From assembly GCA_965203325.1 (NCBI GenBank), contig OZ241875.1:1088001-1152000 (forward strand): DNA of 64,000 bases. The letters are read 5' to 3'. Shown here piece by piece: positions 46,098-56,222 of the stretch (within the stretch, counting starts at the first letter, position 1; each line of letters begins with the position of its first letter). The translations under genes and the position numbers were made by a program. The notes below the pieces were generated by a model. That model saw only the letters and a list, made by a program, of their open reading frames with translations, was not told the DNA's origin and ran no database searches. This DNA comes from a bacterium (GTDB taxonomy: Bacteria > UBA8248).

Positions 46098-47132
46098 CTA
46101 CCCTTTCGGCGTCAGGAGCACCTTCAGCCCGGCCCCGCGCGCCATGATGTCGAAGCCCCGCTCCCATTCATCGAGCGGGAGCATGTCGGATACCATCGCC
46201 TCGGCGTCGACCCTGCCCGCCTCCAGCAACTCAAGCGCCAGCAGCCAGGCGGAGTGCTTCTGCCCGAAGGTGCCGATAAGACGGATCTCCTTGAACGCCA
46301 GTCTGTCCATATCAACGGGAACCGGTGCGCCTGGCAGGCCCACCTGGAGGATCTCTCCGCCCTTGCGCACCGCCTCGACGCATACCTCCATCGCTCCGGC
46401 AGCGCCCGCCGCCTCGACCGCCAGATCGACCCCCCAGCCGTTCGTTACCGCGAGAGCACGGCCTAAAACATTTTCCTTCTCCACGTTCACCGTCCACTCA
46501 GCGCCCAGCGAACGGGCGAGTGCGAGCCTGTGCGCGTCCTTCCCGGCCCCGGCCACCATCACCCGCGCGCCGTGGGCGAGCGCCACCTGGGCGCACCCCA
46601 GGCCGATCGCGCCCGGACCCATGACGAGGACGAAGTCGCCCTCGCGCACGCTGCATTGCTCGCACACCCCGTGAACGCAAACCGCGAGGGGTTCTGAGAG
46701 TGCTGCCGCCTTGAGACTCACGCTGTCGGGCAGGCGGTGGATCGACTCCGCACGCGTGACCAGGTAGTCGGTGAAGGCGCCGTCGCTCACCACGCCCGCG
46801 ATGTCTCGCTGCTCGCAGCGGTTGTAGCGGCCCGAGATGCAGTGCGGGCAGACGCGGCAAGTCGACTTCGTGGGTTCGGCCGTCACCCGCGCGCCCAGGG
46901 GAATCCCCTCGACGCCTTCGCCCGTTTCCACCACTTCGCCCGAGAACTCATGCCCCAGCACCAGCGGGGGGAAATAGTGGAAAAACTCGCCCGAGGCGAT
47001 GTGCACGTCCGTGCCGCAGATGCCGGCGTGGGCGATTTTGACCTTCACCTGCCCGGGCCCCACGCGAGGCTCCGCAACGTCCAGGAGCGCCATCTCGCCG
47101 GGCCCGCGCGCCCGTTTCACCAGGGCTTTCAT
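46098..47132 (-). CDS. Zinc-dependent (MDR) alcohol dehydrogenase
   Basis: ICGTD, GHEFSG, CxxCxxC...C, GPGAIG. Confidence 0.93.
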   Translation of the reverse strand: MKALVKRARGPGEMALLDVAEPRVGPGQVKVKIAHAGICGTDVHIASGEFFHYFPPLVLGHEFSGEVVETGEGVEGIPLGARVTAEPTKSTCRVCPHCISGRYNRCEQRDIAGVVSDGAFTDYLVTRAESIHRLPDSVSLKAAALSEPLAVCVHGVCEQCSVREGDFVLVMGPGAIGLGCAQVALAHGARVMVAGAGKDAHRLALARSLGAEWTVNVEKENVLGRALAVTNGWGVDLAVEAAGAAGAMEVCVEAVRKGGEILQVGLPGAPVPVDMDRLAFKEIRLIGTFGQKHSAWLLALELLEAGRVDAEAMVSDMLPLDEWERGFDIMARGAGLKVLLTPKG

Positions 47133-47153
47133 GTTCGCCTCGCGTGAACCGAA

Positions 47154-47867
47154 TCAGGCGTTCAGCACGGCGATCGCCCGAATCGGCGAGCCCGACCCGC
47201 CCCGAATCTTGAGCGGAAGCCCGATATAGAGGAACTCCTTGCCCACCACCAGTTCGATGTTGCACAGGTTCTCCGTATTGGTGCGGCCCAGTTCGCGGCA
47301 AACGAGGTGGCAGGGGTATCCAGGGCTGGTCGCCATGTCCATGCTCGGGGCGTCGGTGCCGACGTTGATGGCCCCGCACTCGCCGTAGACGTACTCGGCC
47401 GCCTCGCGCGTCCAACCCGCGTAGGCCGTCGTGTAGAGCGACGTCGGGTGGTGGCGCTTGAAGTGCCCGTAGGTGTAGAGGAGCGTGTCGCCCGGCTTTA
47501 TCTCATAGTTGTAGTGGTCGAGCCTGCGCTTCACGTCGTCCGCGTCGATGTAGCTGTTGTCCTCGACGTTCTCGAAATCAATCGCGATGCCCCGGCTGTA
47601 GAAGGAATCGAAGTTCATCTCGTCGATGTGGGGGGCGTCGGGCGAGGGGTCGAGATGGCTGATGGAATCCACGTGCGTGGGGCCGTGCTCGCAGAACTGG
47701 ATGATGCCCGAGTAATAGCTCATCTCGCTCTGGAAGCGCCCGCTGGCGGCGCTTTCCTCGTGTGTCATGTTCGTCCAGCGCCAGGTCTCGGGGTGTCCCA
47801 CGAACACCGGCTGGCCCTGGTAGATGTCTTGCGAGAGATCGATGATTTCGTGATTCTTATACGCCAT
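47154..47867 (-). CDS. Cyclase family metal-dependent hydrolase (kynurenine formamidase-like fold)
   Basis: IDLSQ, EHGPTHVDSISH, GTDAPS, ENL, PLKIRGGSGSPIRAIA. Confidence 0.88.
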   Translation of the reverse strand: MAYKNHEIIDLSQDIYQGQPVFVGHPETWRWTNMTHEESAASGRFQSEMSYYSGIIQFCEHGPTHVDSISHLDPSPDAPHIDEMNFDSFYSRGIAIDFENVEDNSYIDADDVKRRLDHYNYEIKPGDTLLYTYGHFKRHHPTSLYTTAYAGWTREAAEYVYGECGAINVGTDAPSMDMATSPGYPCHLVCRELGRTNTENLCNIELVVGKEFLYIGLPLKIRGGSGSPIRAIAVLNA

Positions 47868-48025
47868 GGTGATTCTCCTCCGGGGTGTTCCGCTATTGGT
47901 GAACTGTTCGAATCCTTGCGATTCGCTGCATGAAGCACATCTTTTGAATCAGGCCAAAACCGGCGATACGACTTGCCCGCATCCGGGTTTCTTGTGGGAT
48001 ATGTCGTGGGTTTTGAGCGCTTCCG

Positions 48026-48054
48026 ATATTAGAGACGGGGTGAGGGGTTGTCAA
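48026..48054 (-). promoter_or_regulatory. Sigma70-type promoter for the cyclase operon
   Basis: TTGACA-N17-TAATAT on the minus strand. Confidence 0.6.
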
Positions 48055-48085
48055 CGGAAAGCACTCGGGGCGCGCCCTTGGAGAA

Positions 48086-48115
48086 TTGACACCGGGAAGC
48101 CCCCCTCCTTACCAT
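48086..48115 (+). promoter_or_regulatory. Divergent sigma70-type promoter
   Basis: TTGACA-N18-TACCAT. Confidence 0.55.
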
Positions 48116-48158
48116 GCCGGCGAAACTCGATATCAATCTTTCCTTTCGGAGAACTCAA

Positions 48159-48779
48159 ATGGCGGAGGCGCGCCGCATTACGGCGATAATCCTCGCCGCA
48201 GGCCTCTCCAAGCGCCTGGGGCGGAACAAGCTCCTCCTGTCCCTGGGGGATGAGACCGTGCTGCGCAAGACGGCGAAAGCGGTGCTCGCAAGCGCGGTTT
48301 CCGAGGTCATCCTCGTCACGGGCCATAAGGAAGCGATGGTGAAGCAGGCCGTGGAGGGTCTCGACGTGCGCATCACGCACAACCCCCGCTACGCCGAGGG
48401 GCAGAGCACGTCCATGATCGCAGGGATCGAGGCGGCATCAGGCGACGCCGGGGCATATCTGTTCGTCCTGGGCGATCAGCCCCTGCTGACGCCCGGAATC
48501 GTGAACGAGGTGATTTCCCTCTATGGGAACTCCCGGCCCGAAGCACTGGTCGCAGCGCCGGTATTCCAAGGCAGGCGCGGAAACCCCACGCTGTTCTCAG
48601 CCTCCTTGAGAGACGAACTGCTTCAGACGAGCGGAGACACGGGCGGCAGGGGGATCATCCAGAGATTGGAAACCGAATCTCCCGGCAAGATCGTTTTTCT
48701 CGAACTCCCCAATGATGATATGTTTCTCGACATCGACACGGAAGAAGATTACGAACGCATGCTTCGTAAATTCCCTTAA
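48159..48779 (+). CDS. MocA/MobA-like nucleotidyltransferase
   Basis: IILAAGLSKRLGRNKLLL, LGDQP, GNPTLF, GDTGGR, DIDTEED. Confidence 0.88.
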   Translation: MAEARRITAIILAAGLSKRLGRNKLLLSLGDETVLRKTAKAVLASAVSEVILVTGHKEAMVKQAVEGLDVRITHNPRYAEGQSTSMIAGIEAASGDAGAYLFVLGDQPLLTPGIVNEVISLYGNSRPEALVAAPVFQGRRGNPTLFSASLRDELLQTSGDTGGRGIIQRLETESPGKIVFLELPNDDMFLDIDTEEDYERMLRKFP

Positions 48780-48809
48780 ACCTCATAAGAGCAGCGAAGG
48801 AGTGTATTC

Positions 48810-49952
48810 ATGGTGAAAGCGTTCCAGATTGCATCCGGCCCGCGCGTCCGCTTCGGCCGCGGAGAGGCCGCCCAGGTCGGAGAAGAAGCCAAGGGCCTGG
48901 GAATGACGAAGCCGATGCTCGTCACCGACCCGGGACTCGCGTCGAGCGGGGCGCTCGATTCGGTTATAAAAGGCCTCGAAGACGGCTCGATCGACTACCA
49001 GTTCTACGATCAGGCCGAGGCGAACCCCTCCGACACGAGCATCCTCGCGGCCCGCGATTTCTTTGGCGAGCACGGATGCGACGGCTTCATCGCCGCGGGC
49101 GGGGGCAGCACGATGGACACCGCCAAGGCGACGCTCGCCATCGTCGCGAACGGCGGCGCGCCGAGCGACTACTACGGGCGCGGCAAGGCCACGAAACCCG
49201 GCCCGCCGCTCATCACCGTCCCCACGACGGCGGGCACCGGCAGCGAGGTCACCATGAGCTCCATCGTCACGGACACGAAGCTCATGATCAAAACGGTGCT
49301 CGCCGACGACTCGTTGTTCGCGAAACTCGCGGTCGTCGACTCCGCGCTCCTGGCCAAGCTTCCCTCGCACATCGCGGCGGGCGCGATGATGGACGCCCTC
49401 ACCCACGCCATCGAATCGGTCGGCTCGCCCGCCTCCAATCCGTGGACGGAAGCGCTGGCGTTCGAGTCCATCGCCCGTATCGGAGCGCACGGCAGGGCCT
49501 ACGTGGACGACCCCTCGGACCCCGAGGCCGCCGACGCCATCTCGCTGGCCGCCATGCTCGCGGGACGCGCGTTCACCAACACGGGCCTCGGCATCGTGCA
49601 CTCGCTCGCGCATCCGCTGGGCGCCTATCACGGGCTGCACCACGGCACGGCGAACGGCATCCTTCTGCCGCCCGTCATGGAGTTCAACCTCCCCGCCATG
49701 CGGGAGGCCTACGCGCGCATGGCGCCGCTTTTGAAAGACGGCGCGGCGAACACTGCCGAGGCGGCGATAGACGCCATCCGCGAACTCAACACGGACATCG
49801 GCATTCCGGGCAGCCTGAGAGAGGCGGACGTCGTGAATGAGGACCTGGACGTCCTAGCGAAGGACGCGGCGGAGAGCCACCAGGTCAACACGAACCCGGT
49901 CCCCTCGACCCAGGAGGACCTGAAACGCCTTCTGCTGGCCGTGCTCGAGTAG
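48810..49952 (+). CDS. Iron-containing alcohol dehydrogenase
   Basis: GGGSTMDTAK, PTTAGTGSE, DALTHAIES, HSLAH, HGTAN. Confidence 0.93.
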   Translation: MVKAFQIASGPRVRFGRGEAAQVGEEAKGLGMTKPMLVTDPGLASSGALDSVIKGLEDGSIDYQFYDQAEANPSDTSILAARDFFGEHGCDGFIAAGGGSTMDTAKATLAIVANGGAPSDYYGRGKATKPGPPLITVPTTAGTGSEVTMSSIVTDTKLMIKTVLADDSLFAKLAVVDSALLAKLPSHIAAGAMMDALTHAIESVGSPASNPWTEALAFESIARIGAHGRAYVDDPSDPEAADAISLAAMLAGRAFTNTGLGIVHSLAHPLGAYHGLHHGTANGILLPPVMEFNLPAMREAYARMAPLLKDGAANTAEAAIDAIRELNTDIGIPGSLREADVVNEDLDVLAKDAAESHQVNTNPVPSTQEDLKRLLLAVLE

Positions 49953-49955
49953 ACG

Positions 49956-50477
49956 ATGCCTGCCGAGGAAATTCTGATATCGCAGGCGCAGATCGAGAGC
50001 CGCCTCCCCGAACTCGCCGCCGAGATCAACGAGGCGCTGCCCGCCGGGCCGGTTCACGTCGTCATGATCTTGAAAGGCGCGATTGTTTTCGGCGTCGATC
50101 TCGCCCGCACCCTCGGGCGCAACACCACGCTCGGCTTCCTCTCGGCATCGAGCTACGGCGCAGGCACGCGCAGCAAGGGCCGGGTGGAAATCGACGCCAG
50201 ACACCTGGGCGAGGTCGAGGGGCGGAACGTGCTGCTCATCGACGACATTCTCGATACGGGCCATACGTTCTCGAAAACCATTGATATTCTGAGAGATAAG
50301 CGCCCGGCCTCCCTCAGGACGTGCGTGCTGATGGACAAGCTGGAGAGGAGAGAAGTCGATATCCACGCGGATCACGTGGGCTTCACCATCGAGAATCATT
50401 TCGTCGTCGGCTACGGGCTCGACTGCGATGAGGCCTACCGCACCCTGCCGGACATCCGGATATATGCGCCCGAGTGA
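49956..50477 (+). CDS. hpt: Hypoxanthine phosphoribosyltransferase
   Basis: ILKGA, VLLIDDILDTG, FVVGYGLD. Confidence 0.9.
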   Translation: MPAEEILISQAQIESRLPELAAEINEALPAGPVHVVMILKGAIVFGVDLARTLGRNTTLGFLSASSYGAGTRSKGRVEIDARHLGEVEGRNVLLIDDILDTGHTFSKTIDILRDKRPASLRTCVLMDKLERREVDIHADHVGFTIENHFVVGYGLDCDEAYRTLPDIRIYAPE

Positions 50478-50525
50478 GTATGGCCGGAGGAGACGAACAG
50501 GCGGAAGCCGGGGAAAGAAGGGTCG

Positions 50526-50758
50526 AATCACTCCCCTTGAGGGGGGATCTTTGAAAAAGCTCCCCTTGTCAGGGGGGTATGAAAAGGCGACACCCACCGC
50601 CGATAGAGGGCTTTTGCTTTTTTTGCCCCCCTGACAAGGGGGGGTAGGGGGGGTTGGTTTTCAAGGCGAGAGCCTGTGCCTCCGCCCGGGTTCGGGTTTT
50701 GGCCGTCATTACGACCAAGGATGATTTTTTCAACAATCCCCTCAAGGGGGAGTGATTT
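50526..50758. mobile_element. MITE-like element (same family as 44197-44445)
   Basis: Long TIRs AATCACTCCCCTTGAGGGG...TTGAAAAA / TTTTTCAACAATCCCCTCAAGGGGGAGTGATT; internal CCCCTTGTCAGGGGGG / CCCCCCTGACAAGGGG. Confidence 0.78.
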
Positions 50759-50810
50759 CATAAACCTATGTCGAATGAGAATTCCATTCTCCCATAAAGG
50801 AGTAGATTTC

Positions 50811-51914
50811 ATGCCGATTCAAGAGATAACGGTCTGGGATACCGCCGTGCAAGTCAATCAGGGTTCGAGGAACCGCTACGGGGGCGCGTCGACGCTGGAG
50901 CGGGTCGTGGTTCGCTTGGCGGACGATGCGGGCGAAGAGGGCTGGGGCGAGGCGGCGCCTTTGATGTATTTCACCAAAGAAACGGGATCGGACATGGCGG
51001 CGACCCTGCGCGAAGCGGCTCCCCGGATACGCGGCAAAGAGGCGGATGAACTCCTCGCCGCGCTCGATGAGGTGGCGGACTTTGGGGGCATGGGCGCCGC
51101 GCGCACCGCGCTCGAAATCGCCGCGGTCGACCTGGCCGCCAAGATCAACGAGGCGCCCTTCTCCCAGGTTTTCGGCGGGCACAAGAGAAACGCCGTCACG
51201 CTCGACGCGCCCATCGGCCTCCTCCCACCCGATGAAGCCGTCAGGAAGGCCGAACCGCTTGTGGAGCAAGGCGTCACGACCCTCAAGGTGAAATCGGGCG
51301 TCGATATGGAGGCGGACGCAGAGCGCATCGTGAGGCTGCGCGAGCGATTCGGCCCCGATATAAAACTCAGGACGGATGCGAACGGCGGCTACTCGCCCGA
51401 GGAAGCCCTGCGCTTCACGGACAAGATGATCGAGATCGACCTGGAACACTTCGAGCAGCCCGTGCTCCCCACGGAGAAGAAATGCCTCGACGTGTTCCGC
51501 GAAATTCGCGCCCGTGGGATGCAGGTCGCCCTGGATGAATCGCTGTTCTCTATCGACGACGCGCGCCGCCTCGTCGATGCGGATGCCGTCGACATCGGCC
51601 TCATCAAGATCGCGAAATTCGGCGGCCCCCGAAACGCCTGGGAGGTGGCGCGGGTGTTCGACGCCGCCGGCAAGCCCGCCCTGCTCAGTTCGCCCTATGA
51701 GTCGTATATCGCCAAATCGGCGGGGTTCGCCCTCGCGCTGTCTTTGGAGACTTACGATAGAGCCCATGAACTCGCCCATCTGCTCGATGAGGAGCCATAC
51801 GCCGAGTGGCGCCACGCCATATCGGGCGGTGCGTTCACGGCAGGAGATGCGGCCGGGCACGGCGCCGTCGGCATCCCCGCCCGCGCCGAAAAGATGGCGA
51901 GGGCTACCGTATAA
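50811..51914 (+). CDS. Enolase superfamily enzyme (muconate lactonizing/dipeptide epimerase subgroup)
   Basis: GWGEA, KVK, DAN, EQP, DES, IKIAK. Confidence 0.88.
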   Translation: MPIQEITVWDTAVQVNQGSRNRYGGASTLERVVVRLADDAGEEGWGEAAPLMYFTKETGSDMAATLREAAPRIRGKEADELLAALDEVADFGGMGAARTALEIAAVDLAAKINEAPFSQVFGGHKRNAVTLDAPIGLLPPDEAVRKAEPLVEQGVTTLKVKSGVDMEADAERIVRLRERFGPDIKLRTDANGGYSPEEALRFTDKMIEIDLEHFEQPVLPTEKKCLDVFREIRARGMQVALDESLFSIDDARRLVDADAVDIGLIKIAKFGGPRNAWEVARVFDAAGKPALLSSPYESYIAKSAGFALALSLETYDRAHELAHLLDEEPYAEWRHAISGGAFTAGDAAGHGAVGIPARAEKMARATV

Positions 51915-51944
51915 CGGGAACGAATCCTTAAATCACGCAGGAGA

Positions 51945-52868
51945 ATGAATGCGATGAGTCTCCCCAAAAAGGTCGATATCGTCGAAGTGGGCACGCGGGA
52001 CGGCCTCCAGAACGAGAAGCAATACATATCGTCCGAAGACAAGATAAAACTTCTCGACACCATCACCGACGCCGGCGTCCGCCGGGTCGAGGTGACGAGT
52101 TTCGTGAGTCCCAAACACGTCCCGCAGCTTAAAGACGCACAGGAGGTGCTGGCTGGCTGCAAGCGCAGCCCAGATGCCGAGTACGAGGCCCTGGTCCCCA
52201 ACGTGCGCGGCATGGAGCGCGCGCTCGAGTGCGAACTCGACGGCGTGATGCTGTTCGTCGCCGCCAGCGAGACGTTCAACCAGAAGAACATCCGCGCGAG
52301 CCGGGAGACGATGCTCGGCGTCGCCCGCGAAGTCGCCAAAATGGCGCTGGATGCGGGCCTCAAGCTCAGGGGCGGCGTGGTCGCCACCTTCGGCTGCCCG
52401 TATGAAGGGCGCATCTCCTATGAGGACATCGAGTGGGTGGTCGGCGAATACGTGGACATGGGCTGCGGGGAAATCGGCTTGGCCGACACCGTCGGCATGT
52501 CGAACCCGGCCGAAATCAAGAAGCTGACCGAGCATATTCGTAACAAATTCCCCTCCGTCCGCTACGCGCTCCACCTCCACAACACGAGAGGGGCCGGCCT
52601 GGCCAACCTGCTGGCGGGCCTCGAAGTCGGCGTCGATACGTTCGACGCCTCCATCGGCGGCCTGGGCGGCTGCCCCTTCGCGCCGCGCGCGACCGGCAAC
52701 ATCGCGAGCGAGGACACGATCAACATGCTCCACGAGATGGGGATCGAAACCGGCGTCGACCTGCCGAAACTCTTGGAAGCCGTCGCCCACGCGGAGAAAA
52801 TCCTGAACCGCCAGCTGCCGGGGCAACTCCTCCATGCCGGCATCCCCGAGTGGGAAATGGCGTCCTAG
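51945..52868 (+). CDS. HMG-CoA lyase family enzyme
   Basis: EVGTRDGLQNE, LADTVG, HLHNT, GGLGGCPFA, GNIASED. Confidence 0.92.
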   Translation: MNAMSLPKKVDIVEVGTRDGLQNEKQYISSEDKIKLLDTITDAGVRRVEVTSFVSPKHVPQLKDAQEVLAGCKRSPDAEYEALVPNVRGMERALECELDGVMLFVAASETFNQKNIRASRETMLGVAREVAKMALDAGLKLRGGVVATFGCPYEGRISYEDIEWVVGEYVDMGCGEIGLADTVGMSNPAEIKKLTEHIRNKFPSVRYALHLHNTRGAGLANLLAGLEVGVDTFDASIGGLGGCPFAPRATGNIASEDTINMLHEMGIETGVDLPKLLEAVAHAEKILNRQLPGQLLHAGIPEWEMAS

Positions 52869-52952
52869 CGACTCCGGCGGGTGGCGCGTAAGCACCTCAG
52901 ACTCTCTATAGGCAGTTCGCACTCTTTCTTTATCAGGTAAGGGCAAACGAAA

Positions 52953-53786
52953 ATGGCGCAACAACTCGTCCATGGGATTGACTTTTCCGGTGATGTAAAG
53001 ATGTGGAAGCCGGGTTGCGGGCGCTCGAACGTCTGGATTGCAACGGCGGAATGGGATGTGAACCGACTTGAACTGATCGAACTGAGACGAGTACAGGAAT
53101 TACCGGGCGAAGGCCATCCTTTCACTCGCTTGGTCCAACTCCTCGCTAGCGCTGATTACATCGCGGCGGCTATCGACGCTCCTTTCGCCCTGCCCACCCG
53201 CCATATGCCAGCGAGTGGCTTACCAGCACTATTAGAAGCAGTCAAAACATTTGAAACTGAGGGCCGCCCTTTCGCAAAAGCTGAACAACTGGTTCGCTAC
53301 GCTGAAAACATCGCCTCGAAAAAAGAGAGTAAACCGATGCGAGAAACCGAAAATGTCTGGAGCATAAAGGGCGTCAATGTGCGCTCGACACTATGGGGCC
53401 GTGACAAACACGAGCCGCGTGGGGGAGCGGCCTTCGCAACTGCCTGCCTGACCCTGCTGACTGAGGCGAAGCGGCCCCTCTGGCCTTGGATAAAAGCAGG
53501 ACCCGGGCTGCTCGCGGAGGCATTTCCGGCAGCGCAGCTTCGTTGTTGGGGATTGCCCCATAACGGTTATGACGGAAATGCGACAACGCGGGACGAAATT
53601 CTTGAAGGAATCGAGCAACGAATTGTCATGCCCGAACCGCTACACTTCCTTTGCCAAGAAAGTGCAGACGCTCTGGATGCAGTGCTCTGCCTCTTTGCGG
53701 CTGTCGCGGCGGTGAACGGCATGGCAATTTGCGAGGATCCAGATTTATCGAAAACGGAAGGATGGATCGCTGTCCATCCCGTTTGA
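52953..53786 (+). CDS. DUF429-like predicted nuclease (RNase H-like fold)
   Basis: GIDFSG, AIDAPFALP, EAFPAA and DALDAVLC acidic motifs. Confidence 0.7.
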   Translation: MAQQLVHGIDFSGDVKMWKPGCGRSNVWIATAEWDVNRLELIELRRVQELPGEGHPFTRLVQLLASADYIAAAIDAPFALPTRHMPASGLPALLEAVKTFETEGRPFAKAEQLVRYAENIASKKESKPMRETENVWSIKGVNVRSTLWGRDKHEPRGGAAFATACLTLLTEAKRPLWPWIKAGPGLLAEAFPAAQLRCWGLPHNGYDGNATTRDEILEGIEQRIVMPEPLHFLCQESADALDAVLCLFAAVAAVNGMAICEDPDLSKTEGWIAVHPV

Positions 53787-53878
53787 CTTTCCAAGATTTG
53801 AGCTTGCGCCGCGCCGATTCTCTTCCCAAAATCCCCTCAGGCCCACCCGGAAATCCTTGACTTTGCGGCCCAAAGCTG

Positions 53879-53897
53879 ATTGTATGCAATATACACT
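53879..53897. promoter_or_regulatory. Candidate GntR/FadR-type operator
   Basis: ATTGTATGCAATATACA palindromic motif just upstream of the decarboxylase operon, which ends in a GntR gene. Confidence 0.45.
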
Positions 53898-53911
53898 TTA
53901 GGAGAAGCGCA

Positions 53912-55474
53912 TTGCCTTCCGACTCGAATCGACCGGACCCGATAGAAGAGCTGAAGGAGCTTACCGCACAGGCGCAGGCGCTGGGCGGCGAGGCGGCGAA
54001 AGAGCGCCAGCACAAACAAGGCAAGCTGACCGCCAGGGAGCGCATCGACCTCCTGCTCGACCCCGATAGTTTTTCCGAACTCAACCTTTTCGTCGAAACG
54101 CGCACCACGGATTTCGGGATGGATGCGCGGCGCTCCCCCGGGGACGGCGTCATCACCGGCAGCGGGCGCGTGAACGGTCAACTCGTATTCGTGGCTTCTC
54201 AGGATTTCGGCGCCCTCGGCGGCTCGCTGGGCGAGATGCACGCGGAAAAAATCGTGAAGATGCAGGACCTCGCCATGAAGGCGGGCGCGCCCATCGTCAC
54301 CATCCTCGATTCGGGCGGCGCGCGCATCCACGAGGGCGTCCTGGCGCTTCACGGATACGCGCAAATCTTTAAGAACAACACCCACGCGTCGGGCGTGATC
54401 CCGCAGATATCGATCATCTTAGGCCCCTGCGCGGGCGGCGCGGTCTACTCGCCCGCCATCACGGACTTCGTCTTCATGGTCGACGGGCTGAGCAAGATGT
54501 TCATCACGGGGCCTGAGGTCATCAAGGCGGTGACGGGGGAAGACGTATCCGTCGAGGAATTGGGCGGCGGTGCGGTGCACAGCTCGACGAGCGGGAACGC
54601 GCATTTTCTCGCCAGAGACGAGCGCGAATGCTTCGGGATGGTGAAGAAGCTGCTCTCCTTCCTGCCGTCGAACAATCTCGACGATCCGCCCCTGTCCGAC
54701 CCGCCCGAGTGGCCGCCCGATGAGAACCCCGAACTCGAAGGGGTCGTCCCGGCGGAGGCCACGAACGCCTACGACGTACGCGACCTGATAACCAACGTCT
54801 TCGATGACGGCGATTTCCTGGAGGTTCATGCGGAGTTCGCCAAAAACATCGTCGTCGGGTTCGCGCGCCTGGGGGGAAGACCCGTCGGCGTCGTGGGGAA
54901 CCAGCCCACGCACCTGGCCGGCGTCCTGGACATCGACAGCTCCGACAAGCTCGCGCGCTTCGTTCGATTCTGCGACGCCTTCAACCTCCCCCTCGTCAAC
55001 TTCGTGGACGTACCCGGCTATCTGCCTGGCACCCAGCAGGAATACGGCGGCGTCATCCGCCACGGGGCCAAGGTGCTCTTCGCCTACAGCGAGGCAAACG
55101 TGCCGAAAATCGCCTTGATCGTCAGAAAAAGCTACGGCGGCGCCTACATCGCGATGAGCGGATTCGGCCTGGGTTACGACCGCGTTCTCGCCTATCCGTT
55201 CGCCGAGATCGCCGTGATGGGTCCCGAGGGCGCCGCGAACATCATCTTCCGGCGCGAGATCGGCGAGGCCGAGGACCCCGAAAAGGTCCGCCGGGAGAAG
55301 ATAGAGGAATACCGGAGGCTTTTCGCAACCCCCTACACGGCGGCGAAATACGGTCTCGTGGACGTCATCATCGAGCCGCGCCAGACGAGGGGCGCGCTCA
55401 TCCGGGCGCTTGAAATGACCGCGCACAAGCGCGAGGAGCGGCCGCAGAAAAAACACGGAAACATTCCGCTGTAG
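53912..55474 (+). CDS. Acyl-CoA carboxyltransferase, alpha subunit of Na+-translocating decarboxylase (MmdA/PccB-like)
   Basis: QHKQGKLTARERI, DSGGARI, GPCAGGAVYSPA, DVPGYLPG, KKHGNIPL. Confidence 0.92.
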   Translation: MPSDSNRPDPIEELKELTAQAQALGGEAAKERQHKQGKLTARERIDLLLDPDSFSELNLFVETRTTDFGMDARRSPGDGVITGSGRVNGQLVFVASQDFGALGGSLGEMHAEKIVKMQDLAMKAGAPIVTILDSGGARIHEGVLALHGYAQIFKNNTHASGVIPQISIILGPCAGGAVYSPAITDFVFMVDGLSKMFITGPEVIKAVTGEDVSVEELGGGAVHSSTSGNAHFLARDERECFGMVKKLLSFLPSNNLDDPPLSDPPEWPPDENPELEGVVPAEATNAYDVRDLITNVFDDGDFLEVHAEFAKNIVVGFARLGGRPVGVVGNQPTHLAGVLDIDSSDKLARFVRFCDAFNLPLVNFVDVPGYLPGTQQEYGGVIRHGAKVLFAYSEANVPKIALIVRKSYGGAYIAMSGFGLGYDRVLAYPFAEIAVMGPEGAANIIFRREIGEAEDPEKVRREKIEEYRRLFATPYTAAKYGLVDVIIEPRQTRGALIRALEMTAHKREERPQKKHGNIPL

Positions 55475-55488
55475 AAAAGGATTTCCCC

Positions 55489-55809
55489 GTGGACGCATTC
55501 ATACCCGGAATCTTACTGACGATCATCGGCATGGGCGTCGTCTTCGGCTCCCTGCTCGTGCTGATGGCGGTCATCCTGCTTCTGGAGAGATTCGTCGGCT
55601 CGGGACCTCAGGAGACCGACTCAGGGGCGGAGGATGCGGATACCGCCGCGCAAGGTGATGATCTGGACCTCGTCCTCGCGGCCGCCGCCGGATATTATCT
55701 GGAAACCGAAACGCCCGAGATATTCGTTCCCCCGGTGCGCCGGGGCGCAGATTCCCTGTGGGCGCGTACCGCCCGCCGGGGCCATTCCATGCAGCGGAGG
55801 CGTCGGTGA
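55489..55809 (+). CDS. OadG/MmdD family decarboxylase subunit
   Basis: GMGVVFGSL transmembrane segment, [14 protein letters not shown]. Confidence 0.85.
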   Translation: MDAFIPGILLTIIGMGVVFGSLLVLMAVILLLERFVGSGPQETDSGAEDADTAAQGDDLDLVLAAAAGYYLETETPEIFVPPVRRGADSLWARTARRGHSMQRRRR

Positions 55810-56222
55810 GAAATTTCCATCTGACCATCAACGGAAAACGCTACGCGGTGAGCGTGGAGCGAGACCCCGGCTCGGACGAACTCGAGATTACGGTAGACGG
55901 CGAGACGCATCGCGTGGGGGTGGAAGAAGAGGAGAAGGCCGCCCCCTCCGCTACCCCCGCCCCACGTCCGGCCGCCGCGCGCAAGCCCGCGCCCCGGGCG
56001 ACGAGCGTCGGCGGGAAGATATTGGCTCCGCTTCCGGGCGTGGTCTTATCCGTCGAGGTCGCAGCGGGCGATTCGGCGAGCGCAGGCGATACGCTTTTGG
56101 TGCTGGAGGCGATGAAGATGGAGAACGTGATTCTCGCGGATTCGGACTGCGTCGTGCAGGCGGTTCACGTGCGCAAGGGCGACAAGGTGGAAGCCTCGCA
56201 ACTGCTGCTGGAGGTCTCATGA
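55806..56222 (+). CDS. Biotin carboxyl carrier subunit (MmdC-like)
   Basis: [11 protein letters not shown], Ala/Pro linker, [16 protein letters not shown] overlaps previous stop. Confidence 0.9.
   Translation: MRNFHLTINGKRYAVSVERDPGSDELEITVDGETHRVGVEEEEKAAPSATPAPRPAAARKPAPRATSVGGKILAPLPGVVLSVEVAAGDSASAGDTLLVLEAMKMENVILADSDCVVQAVHVRKGDKVEASQLLLEVS

Noticed and set aside
55634..56218. Extended N-termini of the beta-subunit and biotin-carrier ORFs, suggesting fusions
   Set aside because: These are out-of-frame overlaps with upstream genes; coupled starts exist at 55806 and 56219.
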